A DNA stretch of 64,000 bases, from positions 3,472,001-3,536,000 of the forward strand of contig NC_043012.1 in assembly GCF_006345805.1 (NCBI RefSeq). The letters run 5' to 3'. The notes under the pieces were generated by a model. It searched no databases. It worked only from the letters and a program-made list of their open reading frames with translations, and had not been told where the DNA came from. The DNA is from Octopus sinensis (lineage: Eukaryota). Below are positions 52,490 through 64,000 of this stretch, one piece after another. Position 1 is the first letter of the stretch, and every line of letters starts with the position of its first letter. Made by a program: the position numbers and the translations under genes.

Positions 52490-55400
52490 ATATGCGTTGT
52501 GTAGAAAATTATTTAATAAGTAAATAATTATCCCGTAAGATAAAAACTGATACACAAAGAGGGAAAATACGTTATGAGTAATGTGTCTTAAATTAATCTT
52601 AAATTTCAGACTAAAAGTTCGTAGAGACTGGATTCGAACAAACACCGATTTAGAATAAATGATTACAAAACGGGTTAGGAATGTAAGAGCAGATAACTCA
52701 CCCAACAACTACAGGCCTTTCTTTAACTATGACATAACTCATTCCATTCGCGCTTCACAAATCAGTTGTCGATAATAGATGAATACCTCATAATAATTGA
52801 TTTTAAAATATGATTAATTAATTCATAGTACAACATTATGATTTAAACGATATCAGGCCTGACATGTTTAACGGTACCTCATTGCTCTCAAGTCCCAAAA
52901 CAGATTATTAGAAACCGGTTTAGATTTCAGGTTGGGCGTAACGCAATGTTTTGATGTGCTGTCTGTCGCGGCAATTCTCTCTCTACGGTGCGACTGTTTA
53001 TCGGAATGTACAAAAGTCGCTCAGTGGTGGGAGCCCCTATACACTGTAACGGCTGCCTTCAGTAAAATTACTACAAACAAACATTAGTAAGATAGATGCA
53101 AAACTCACATTGATCTTGTTGTATTTAAAGCATATAAATAGCTTTCAACACTTCTTTACAAAATGTTGTAAACAATGTTTAGACATGTAGTATACCTCAG
53201 AAGACAATGGAATTTTTCTGACCGTAACACAATGAACATACAAATACTGATTCATCCGATGAAATGTTCACTTTAAATTTGTAGGACAAGTATGAAAGAA
53301 ATTTTCTCATCTTTAATCTAAATTGATATCGACAGTATACCAATAAAATAATGTAAACCAATGCGAAATATCTAAATATTTTGGTACCACAAATTATTGG
53401 AAAGACGACATAAATGCTTATAGGTCATAAAATTCTCTTTTCATATAAATTTTAGAATGTGAAGCAGTTAAAATTCACTTATTGGATCCCAATTGACTAT
53501 TCTGTAACTGACCAAATCATGGGTGAAGAAAGACGTTAATCATATACTGTGTAGCTTTATATCTTCCCATAATTATATTATAAAAAGAGACAATAAAACA
53601 CACGAAATGAAAATGTAAGCATTTGCTAACTAATATTTAAAAAATGCATTTTGTTCTTCGTGAATACTTCAGCAGTAAGTAACTGATAGAAATTGAAATA
53701 AGGCAGAAGATCTGCGAAGATCAAACGTAACACCTTCGTTTTGAATAAACCATAAAGCAAAGACAGAAATCATGAATTTTGAAAAATTCAATAGTCAAAA
53801 TTTATAAACTAATTGCATTCACAAATTAACGGAAAATTACAAACCGAAATACTAACACAGCTACAGATTAGTTAAGAATTAGTTTAGTTTAGGGTCAATT
53901 TATATTTTCTATGAACAGTTGTGAAAAATATTCTCTCACATTGAAAATACACTGTCCTTGAGCAAGACACTTTATTTGACGCTGCTACGGTCCACTCAGC
54001 TAGATTACAAAACAAGTTAGGAATGTAAGAGCAGATCAACACGTGTACACTCACAGGCCATAAACAATCCATAGATTGCATAGAAAATTATTTAAGAAGT
54101 GAAATTAACCTGTAAGGTGAAAATAGATATACAAAATGAGGAGAGCAAGTTATATGAAATTATAAACTAATCTTAAATTTCAGACTGAAACTCTGTAGAA
54201 TGTTGAACGAAACTCCACTCACCTGAATTCGTCTACCTGCCGATTTACAATAAGTGATTACAAAACAAGTTAGGAATGTAAGAGCAGATAACTTGTAGAC
54301 TGTTGCTAAGCAATTTGATTTCCGCATTCCATTTTCGCTCACACAAATCAATAGTTTGTGATACGTCAATAAAACTCAATAATTGACTTTGAGATGAGAT
54401 AAATTTTATTAATCGTACAATTGTATGATTCAATCGATATTAATCCTGACACGCCACCCTTGTGAACTGCTCCTCTCAGATATTAACTTCCTATAGTAGA
54501 TTTACAGTCGCAAACTCCCAGTCTAAATTTCACATTGGGTGTCAATTCAATCACCACTGTTATCCGATGGATAATACGTGGGGAGCTGCCTTATCAACTG
54601 GAGACTATATAGAAAAGTTTGCAAACTATATGCAGAACATTTTTGTCTTGTTTAATTCGTAAAACACAAATAACTTCAAAAATTACATTGCGACATATAT
54701 ACAAGCTTTATACATGACTGCAAACATTCCAGAGGAGCGTTGCTTCTGAGCGATGTAGAGAGAATGTCAACCATTGTCGGGAAGTGAAATATTTTCTGGC
54801 CTTGAAAACTAAAGTACAATCTATGCTAAAGATATTCTTTCATCAGGAGAGATTTTCAATGATATTGAGGTCCGTAATTTGGAGCGACTATGAGGGCTCC
54901 AGCTGAGGGTTGCTGCGTGCTAGTGTTTTCTTTATACGAGTAGCGCTTGAGATTTTACTGTTAAAAACGAAAAGGTTGACCACGATCCTACAGCAGGATG
55001 CCTTTAGGGTCCCCGCTTATGTTCAATGCAAATTTGGCGTGTGGATGATGCATAGTTAGGGAAGGTTAGAGATGAGTAAAGGGCCGTGTCGTTTGCATAA
55101 GCATAGGCGCTGTTGAATATGGCAACAAGTCCTTTGTGTTTAGAAGGAAGAGGACGGGAGATAGAAACTGAACGTTGTGGGATACTAGAGTCAATTGAAA
55201 ATAGTTATAATTTTATATATTCGCATGCAGTTTGTATTGTATCTAGAATTCACTTTGCCAGCAAATTTTCTGGATTGAAATTAAGTCGACTCATTAAAAT
55301 CTAAAAGTCAAAAATAGGAGAGAAATTGTATTCTGTAGCTTATCAAAAACGAGTGCACTCACACAGCAACATAAACAATATATAAACCGCATTGAGAATT

Positions 55401-56814
55401 AATTATAAAGTAGAAAGAAAATGCCCTGTTAGGTTGATGCAAACAGATACGTAAAAGTAGAGAACGTGTTATATGTAATCATAAACTAGACTTGAATTTT
55501 TTTAATAGTTTTAAACCATGATCTAGTCATCATCACTCACCTGTAATATGATTTGATGTATTCAGTGAGAAACTGACAATAAATGATTACGTATCGATTC
55601 AGAAATGTTAGCGTCTATGGTATATACATTGCATTTTCACTTCACACATCGGTGGTCGGTGATATCCGGTTGGGCGTCAACGAAATGTTTTACCGCGCTC
55701 GTTTCAATTTTTCTTTTCTTTTTGCTGTACAACTGCATGCTGGAGGTATAAGCGTACAAGCTTTCCGTAGCAACATGAGTACTACCATATATGGCAATGG
55801 CCAAGTGAGTGGGTTTCTCCTTTGGATGTCTGTACTATCACGTGGTGCATAATCATTATAAACAAAGGTTAGCCAACTCGATGTGAAACACTTGTCTTTT
55901 TACACACACACACACACGCGCGCGTAGATGAAGACGCCTAAGTACGTATATGGAAATAAACACCTGTACATATCTCACACATACATAGACACAGATTCAC
56001 ACACACGCACATGGACACACACACTCATTCACTCTCTCAGATGCATACATATTTACATAAAGTGAAGATATTCTATTATTTTGTCTCATGATTCATTGAA
56101 TTATCACACCGAACTTCAGCAACCAACAACTATCCATCAAAAAGCTAAAAAATTATTTATTTGAATACAAAACGCTTATATATGTTATTGTTTCCACAAT
56201 AGAACAAACTATTCGTAAACGAAGGCTTCACTGTAATTTCAGAATTGTTTTTTCGTGAAACGGTCAAACATATTTGTGACATTCTCTCAAACGTAATATT
56301 CTCTACTGAGATAGAAAAAAACTAACTAAATCTCCAAAAGTTTTAAGCCCTCATGGTATTAACCTTAAATCACCGCACCTTTCCAGATTCAGTTCAATAA
56401 TTATTTAGCATCCTTAATGCCCTAAATCGTTTCAGGTATTTACCGAGTCGTTGGACCCATGAGTCAATATTGGCCACTTCGCCGAATCCTGGTTTAAACA
56501 GAAGTAACTGAATCCCTGCCATATCAATAAAACATAAAATGAAAAAAATTTTGTCAACCTACATGTAAAAGGTCTTCCGTTCTCTCATCACACTCTGAAA
56601 TTGACCGGTAACGAGATAAAATTTTCCCAAACCCAACACGATACGGGTTTCTTCTATATTGTGAGGATTTGGTGGAGGCTACAGACCAAAGGATAAAAAT
56701 TCTTGACGCATCGATTTCCATTGCACTTTCTCTAGGGTCAGGCTACTCTTTAGCACAGGATATAGGAAGAAAAGCTCTTTTATGTACCGTCCGAACCTTG
56801 GTTAGACAAGGAGC

Positions 56815-56893
56815 ACCTTCGTGGGATCAGGCAGCCTTTTGAGACTGCCCGCTGAGTACCTTCGTGGGATCAGGCAGCCTTTTGAGACTGCCC
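56815..56893. repeat. Direct repeat, 2 x 36 bp, each with a GGCAG...CTGCC hairpin
   Basis: ACCTTCGTGGGATCAGGCAGCCTTTTGAGACTGCCC at 56815 and 56858. Confidence 0.85.
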
Positions 56894-58286
56894 ACTCAAT
56901 ATATAAAACTTTATGAACTTCTCATCCAGTTCGCGACTAGAGCAACAAGCGTGTATAGATTTTTTTTTCTTTTTCAAACCTTCTTGCGGTAATTGATATT
57001 CAATGTCAACTCTTAAGACATTACATCATACATAACCAACCCAAACTGTATACATTACTACAACTGTATTCACCTCACTTTTCTCAGAGTGTCTCTGAAG
57101 GCCATAGGCAAAACTCGTCCCTCTTGACTAAGTTTTAAAACATACGCGCACAAACCTCATGGCAAAATCTATATTGTTTCTGGTATAAATCAATATTACC
57201 AAGAAATATTACCGGTCCCAGACACATCGAAAAAAATGCTGGTACGCCACATCAGATAGTTAGAGAAACACCGATCTACACCATATTTCTAAAACAACAT
57301 TTATAAAATTTGATTGCAGCCACAAAACAATAGGAAGCAATAGAATGTTTCTACGTGAAAAACATACACAGACTAATTTCTTAAGATATTCAAGTTAATT
57401 TTCAATAAACAATAGTAAAAGAAATACTGAGTTATTTAAAGTTCCTTTTCTGAAACGTTTGGTTATTTTCAGTTCCAGATGTCATTTCACAAATGTATCA
57501 AATAATATAGGGAATTAAATCTAAAAAAAGAAAACAATTAAGTTTTTGTCAACATTGAACTGAAAAATCGATATGCATATCATTGATACGTATATAAATA
57601 TTTGTTCAGTATTAGTTATTAGAAAACGCACGTAATTGGTAATAATTCTGTGTCTTCAAATGTAGTCTTTTGCGTACAGTTTTATGAAAAGGTGAAATTA
57701 AATTGTCGCATTGAAATTCAAATACCTAAATACCAGAGTGAAGTTATCTGTTGTTGATCAAATGTGGACACCCGCACAATCACATAATATACAGGTGGTG
57801 TAGAAAATGATTTAACAGAAAGAAAATTATCGTGCTAAGTGAAAATAGAGATGCAAAAGTAGATCATATGTTATAAGTAATTATAATTTAATCGTCAATT
57901 TTATGACGTTTAATCAAAGATAAATGAATCACCACTTACCTGTAACATTTGATGTTATTTTGTTTACAGTCAGGAATGTAAGAGCAGATAACTCTTCAAA
58001 TATTTGATGTCTTTATAAACTTATACGATACATGCATTCCATTCTCGCTTCGCACAACAGTGGTAAGTGCTGGATAAATATCTCAAAATAATTCATTTGA
58101 ATCAGAGCTAACTTTTATTGATATTTCAATTTTCTGAATTTAAATAAAACAAAACCAGGCTTAATACACCGTCCAGTTTAACAACACTTCCTGGTCCCCG
58201 TTTACCTTCTGTCACAGGCATCCTATCTAGATTTCAAGTCTCCTGACATGCCACAACCTTTTGAAATACCGATTTCAATTGCAGAT

Positions 58287-58328
<42 letters not shown>

Positions 58329-59774
58329 CGAGCGCGCGTCTGTAGTTATATATATATAGTTGAAATTTACAGGAAAACAAAAGACGAAGACAGGTGTATA
58401 AACAACAAGCAGGTGTATTAATTTGATGCTCGAGCAAGTGAGAAAGCCTTTTACATTTCGAGCCTACGCTCTTTAACAGAAAGGAATACGAGGAAATAAA
58501 CAGAGAGAGAATGAAAGAAAAAAAAACTTGTGGATTTAGCGGTCAATCATGGCGCTATATATATTTACATGATGCGAATGTCTACCAAAAAGTATGGATA
58601 GAAGTGTTTACTCGGCGTAGGATCGTATCCTCAATGAATAGGAATGACTCCGTGAATAATGTCCGGAGACACAGCCTTATCAGCTGGCGTATTATTACAA
58701 TGAACAGACGTTTTCCATCTGCGTGCAAAATTATATTGTTGTTTTTTAATTAATAAAGCTTATAAATAACTTTCAAAAATGACAGCACAGCATTTTTTAA
58801 ATAGAAAACATATACAAGCATAAATGTCACTGTGTGGTTAAGAAGGTTGCTTCTCAAACTTGTGGTGCTGGGTTCAATTCTACTGCGCGGCATCTTGAGC
58901 AAGTGTCTTCCAGGGCCGGCGCTTGGAAGTACGGGGTTCAGAGATTTGTCAGTAGGGTCCTCTACTCTACAAAAGCTGAAGATTGATGTTTTATGCTTCG
59001 TGTAATACGCCAGGCCCAGCCAAAAAGCATTGAGGACCATTAGCCACAATGCTATACTAAAAATTCATCACAGTGTCCTCCGCTTGAGCGGGTGCGCGGG
59101 GCCTCTCTTGGGGCAGGGTCCAATTGGAACAAATCTAATTGGCTTAAAACCGGCTCTGGCGTCTTCTATTATAACTTCTATTATAGCTCCGAGTCGACGT
59201 ACTTATTCTCTTTTGCTGAACCGCAAAGTTACGATGACGTAAATAAACCAACACTGTTTGTCAAGCGCTGGTAGAGACAGACAGACACACACACACACAC
59301 GTATGTGCGTGCGCGTGTGGTCACCCCACCATGATATTTGTAATGATTACCCAGTCGCAAATATTACAATATACAAGGTTTTATTTTTTTTAATATTTAA
59401 CCCATCATCCATAACTTTAAACTTGCTGAAATTATGTCCCCCACCACCGTTTGGTTGTTTACGTCCCTGTAACTTAGCGGTTAGGCAAAAGAGCATAAAT
59501 CTTAGGCTTCAAAAATAAGTACCAGTGTCGATTTATTTGATTGAAGTCTTTAAGGTGGTCCACAACATGGCTACTGTCTAATGACCGAAACACGTAAAAG
59601 ATGAAAGATTTAATTATAGTTAGGAAGCAATTAAACCTTTTTAACTGTGACTACATCGTTGCATTTACAAATTAATTTCATAACATAATGAAATTAAATT
59701 TGTATGAACAATATGGAAGAACTTTATCAAACACTAACGATTTTCTACTGAAACTTCTTAGAACCCTCAGACGA

Positions 59775-61878
59775 AATTCTCTTTAAATCGATATGAATTG
59801 CTAAATGATTTAAGGTCGATACCAGGTCTATTGTATTTCAAGTGCATAAAATAGTATAATCAATTAAAACGCGAAGGAAATTGAGATTTATATGAACATT
59901 GCACTTATAAAATATCGTCTCTCAATGTGAAACACGTAAATATTTGATCAATACCAGCTTTTTGGAAGAAATATATTACAGATAATAATTCGTAATATGC
60001 TTCTTCCATACAGATTTTACAAAGTGATTTAGTTCGATTGACTCAGTGAATCTCGAATCACCTAAATATCTTAAGACATGCTACCTGCAGTATGCAGAAC
60101 CCGTGCACCCATGCATACCGTGTAGACATTTTAAGAGACAAAAAATCCAATTAGTTGAATATGGACGCACAAAATTGCATCAAAAGTTATATTTATTATG
60201 AATTTACGAGCAAATTTGTGATCAAGGCTTAAATAGAAGTGACTGAATCTCTACTCACCTGCAATATATATTTTTGCGTACGTGTGTGTTCTGGCGCAAA
60301 TTTCGAACGAATGTTTACAAATTGAGTCAGGAATGTAAGAGCAGATAACTCGAAAGTGCTATAAAAAGTTTCAATAAGCAATAGCCACGCCTCAGAATTA
60401 CCTCATTAGCCATGGTACCGCCTCGTATAGAAAAACGAAAGTACTACATGTCTTTGTCAACCCATATGAGAAAAATACCAAACATACTTTACATCTGAGT
60501 TTTTTTTTTATATGTAAAGAAATAATAATAACTTGTTTTAGTAAGGAGGTATTTTTCAGGATAGGAAATTTTTTTCTAAGAAAAACCAGACGGTTCGCAG
60601 TTGAACACAACACTCTATTTCCCCACAGAAAAGCTTATGAGGAATATACGCCAATTCCACATCAGATTTAAAACGTCATATTGGTTTCAAATTTTGGGGC
60701 AAAGCCAGCAATTTCGGGGATGGGGTAAGTCGATTACAGTAATCCCAGTACTCAACTGGTACTTTATTTATCGCCCCCGAAAGGATGAAAGGGAAAGTCA
60801 ACCCCGGCGGAATTTGAACTCAGAATGTAAAGACGGACGAAATGCCGCTAAGAATTTTGTGCGGCAAGCTAACGCTTCTGCCAACACGCCGCCTTAAATT
60901 TTAAAACATCTTCTTGAGATAAAGGATAAGGGATTGTTCCAGATTTTTAAATTTCGGACAAGGAAATCCGGGATGTTACATTAACATTGCACGAATCAAA
61001 TATAGTCATGAGCCAGTGCATAATATCTAAACATAATATCACTACTGCTTATTGGAGAATAAACAGTCGGTTATAATCCATAGAAGACTATTTTCATTAA
61101 ATTTTAAAAATGAAAGTTAAATCTGGATACTGAAATACAAATGACTAGATATCAAAGAAAAGTCATTCCTAATTAACCAACAAATATATACTCATGTATC
61201 TTACACATTAAAGTCCTATTAAATGATATTAGGGAAACAATTCTCTTTAAATCAATATGAATTGCTAAATGAATTAACTTCGATACCAGGTCTATTGTAT
61301 TTCAAGTGCATAAAATAGTATAATCAATTAAAACGCGAAGGAAATCGAGATTTATACGAACATTGCACTTATAAAATATCGTCTCTCAATGTGAAACACG
61401 TAAATATTTGATCAATACCAGCTTTTTGGAAGAAATATATTACAGATAATAATTCGTAATACGCTTCTTTCATACAGATTTTACAAAGTGATTTAGTTCG
61501 ATTGACTCAGTGAATCTCGAATCACCTAAATATCTTAAGACATGCTACCTGCAGTATGCAGAACCCGTGCACCCATGCATACTGTGTAGACATTTTAAGA
61601 GACAAAAAATCCAATTAGTTGAATATGGACACACAAAATTGCATCAAAAGTTATATTTATTATGAATTTACGAGCAAATTTGTGATCAAGGCTTAAATAG
61701 AAGTGACTGAATCTCTACTCACCTGCAATATATATTTTTGCGTACGTGTGTGTTCTGGCGCAAATTTCGAACGAATGTTTACAAATTGAGTCAGGAATGT
61801 AAGAGCAGATAACTCGAAAGTGCTATAAAAAGTTTCAATAAGCAATAGCCACGCCTCAGAATTACCTCATTAGCCATG
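59775..61878. repeat. Recent 640-bp duplication within the array (59775-60414 and 61239-61878)
   Basis: About 98% identical by eye. Each copy contains one complete motif-plus-donor cassette. Confidence 0.9.
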
Positions 61879-62962
61879 TATCTTACACATTAAAGTCCTA
61901 TTAAATGATATTAGGGGAACAAGTGTGGAGCATAACTTGCAAATCATAATATTAAATTAGATGTAAATTTCAAATGAAAGTTTAAACCAGTAATGGGCAA
62001 TCTGCAGCCCGTGAAACTTTCTGAAAATTACCTTGAATCTTTTTTTTTTTAATAGTGTGGCCCACCTCATGACGGACCATGACTCATGCGGACCGGTTCT
62101 CTAAAAAGTTTGCCAATGCTTGGTTTAAACAGATTGAGTGGTGTGGCTAGGATTTTAGGTAACAGGGAAGGAAAATATTTTGGGGGTGATCAATTCAATC
62201 AATAGGTAGATAGACTAAAGAAAATTTTGTCTACAGAATAATTTTTATCCTTTTGCAACGTCTCTGATCAAATGTAAATGAATTTTCACTCACCTGCTGC
62301 ACAATACGATGTATTTTGTCGGAAAATGTTCTACAGAAATTAACTCAGGTGCTAGGAATGTAAGAGCAGATAACTCTTCATATATAAATTAGAGCTTTAA
62401 ACTTAGGCGTAAGGACAGCAATTTTAAGGGCATTGGTATGTTGATTACATCGACCTCAGTATTCAACTGCTATTTATTTTATCATTTCCTGAAGGATGAA
62501 AGGTAAAGTCGACCTCGGTAGAATTTGAACCCAAAACATGATGAGCTGGAAGTATTTTGTCCGATTCACTAGCGAATCTACCAACTCGCTTTATATAAAT
62601 TCTTTCTCCTGTAGGCATAAACATGAAATTTTGTGGGGAAGAGGACAGCCAATTATACTGACCTCAGTGCTCAACTCGTGCTTATTTTGTCGACCCCGAA
62701 AGAATGATAAAGTCAACTTAGGTGGAATTTGTACTCAGAAAGTAGAAAACCAGAAGAAATGCCGTTAAGTATTTTATTCTACACGCTAACGAGTCTATAT
62801 ATACAATTATGTGAGTGCATACAAATATATACAGGGTTGGCCAAAAGTCACCTGATAATAAATCAAAACCATTTAATTGCAAGATTTATCTATGTTCAAC
62901 AACTGAAGGAATTTAATAAAAGCATCTAAATATGAAACATCATGAAAATTGTTCAAACATAT

Positions 62963-63366
62963 GCGCAGGAGTGGCTGTGTGGTAAATAGCTTGCTTACCA
63001 ACCACATAGTTCCGGGTTCAGTCCCACTGCGGGGCACTTTGGGCAAGTGTCTTCTACTATAGCCTCGGGCCGACTAAAGCCTTGTGGGTGGATTTTGTAG
63101 ACGGAAACTGAAAGAAGCCCGTCGTATATATGTAAATGTATACATATATGTGTGCGTGTGTGTGTGTGTCTGTTTTTGTCCCCCAACATCGCTTGACAAC
63201 CGATCTGGAGTGTTTACGTAACTTAGCGGTTCGGCAAGAGAGGCTGATAGAATAAGTACTAGGCTTACAAAGAATAAGTCCTGGGGTCGATTTACTCAAC
63301 TAAAAGGCGGTGCTCCAGCATGGCCGCAGTCAAATGATTAAAACAAGTAAAAGAGTAAAGAGTAAA
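62963..63366 (+). mobile_element. tRNA-derived SINE family A, full length
   Basis: Head GCGCAGGAGTGGCTGTGTGGTAAATAG through the conserved tail. Confidence 0.85.
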
Positions 63367-63419
63367 CTGAAGTCCTTCTTGCAAGCATTTATAATTGGAA
63401 TGAATAAATAAAACTGAAT

Positions 63420-63660
63420 GCAGATGGTTGTACTTTCTACAGAAGGGGAACTTCTCACATATCGTAATGATGTATTGAGACGTCGGGCGGAACATTTAAA
63501 AGATGTGCTCGATAGAGATACAAATATAGACATAAACTCAATAAATAATATCCTCAATAACCAGTAATTGACAATCTTGGATGAAGTGGAAATGATTATA
63601 AAACAACTGACAAATTGGAAAGCACCAGGAGAGGATATGTTCCCGGAATAATTTTCAAAA
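63420..63660 (+). pseudogene. LINE ORF2 fragment (region upstream of the RT domain)
   Basis: Plus-strand translation EGELLTYRNDVLRRRAEHLKDVL...DEVEMIIKQLTNWKAPGED matches the LINE G.LLT...RW.EHF...KAPG.D pattern, with one in-frame stop. Confidence 0.65.
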
Positions 63661-63666
63661 GATGCT

Positions 63667-63994
63667 GGAAAGTTCCGGGGATTTAGGAACTTCCTGGAAG
63701 TTTCCAAGAATTTTAGAATTTCCTGGAAATTTCCGAGGACCAAGAAACTTTCTGGAAAGTTCAGAGGACCGAGCACTTCCTGAAAAGTTCCGAGGATTTG
63801 AGAACTAACTGGATAGTTCCGAGGACTTAGGAACTTTCTTGACAGTTCCGATGATTTATGAACTTCCTGGAAAGTACCGAGGATCAAGCACTTCATGGAA
63901 AATTCTGAAGATCGAGCACTTCCAGAAAATTCCGAAGACTCGAAAACTTTCTGGATAGTTCCGAGGATTTAGGAACTTCATGGCAAGTTCTAAG
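63667..63994. repeat. 27-29-bp minisatellite of self-complementary units, about 11.5 copies
   Basis: Consensus GGAAAGTTCCGAGGATTTAGGAACTTCCT. Units start at about 63667, 63696, 63725, 63754, 63782, 63811, 63840, 63869, 63897, 63924, 63953 and 63982. Confidence 0.85.
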
Positions 63995-64000
63995 TATATA

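Noticed and set aside
63330-63896. 188-aa minus-strand ORF
   Set aside because: It is the antisense reading of the minisatellite and a LINE fragment.

Overview
AT-rich, repeat-dense animal genomic DNA. The SINE families, RTE and Penelope remnants and long (TA)n tracts point to a coleoid cephalopod, probably Octopus (inference). Main contents: (1) the 3' end of a Gypsy LTR retrotransposon (intact D,D(35)E integrase, polypurine tract (PPT), 262-bp LTR); (2) a tandem pair of minimal type I hammerhead ribozymes 367 nt apart, next to a perfect 160-bp-arm inverted repeat; (3) a divergently oriented apoptosis gene pair: a small minus-strand ORF with two tandem BH3-like motifs (Noxa-like layout) and a two-exon plus-strand Bcl-2-family gene (Mcl-1/A1-like, BH1 NWGR replaced by HWRR); (4) from about 40 to 62.4 kb, a degenerate tandem array of about 14 units. 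Most units keep a near-invariant ~23-nt element (minus strand GAGTTATCTGCTCTTACATTCCT) followed 32-70 nt later by a GTRAGT splice donor. This resembles an array of alternative promoters and non-coding first exons and is the most striking unexplained structure. A candidate shared downstream exon with a micropeptide ORF lies at 39.3-39.46 kb. Coordinates were read by eye and no alignments or database searches were run.
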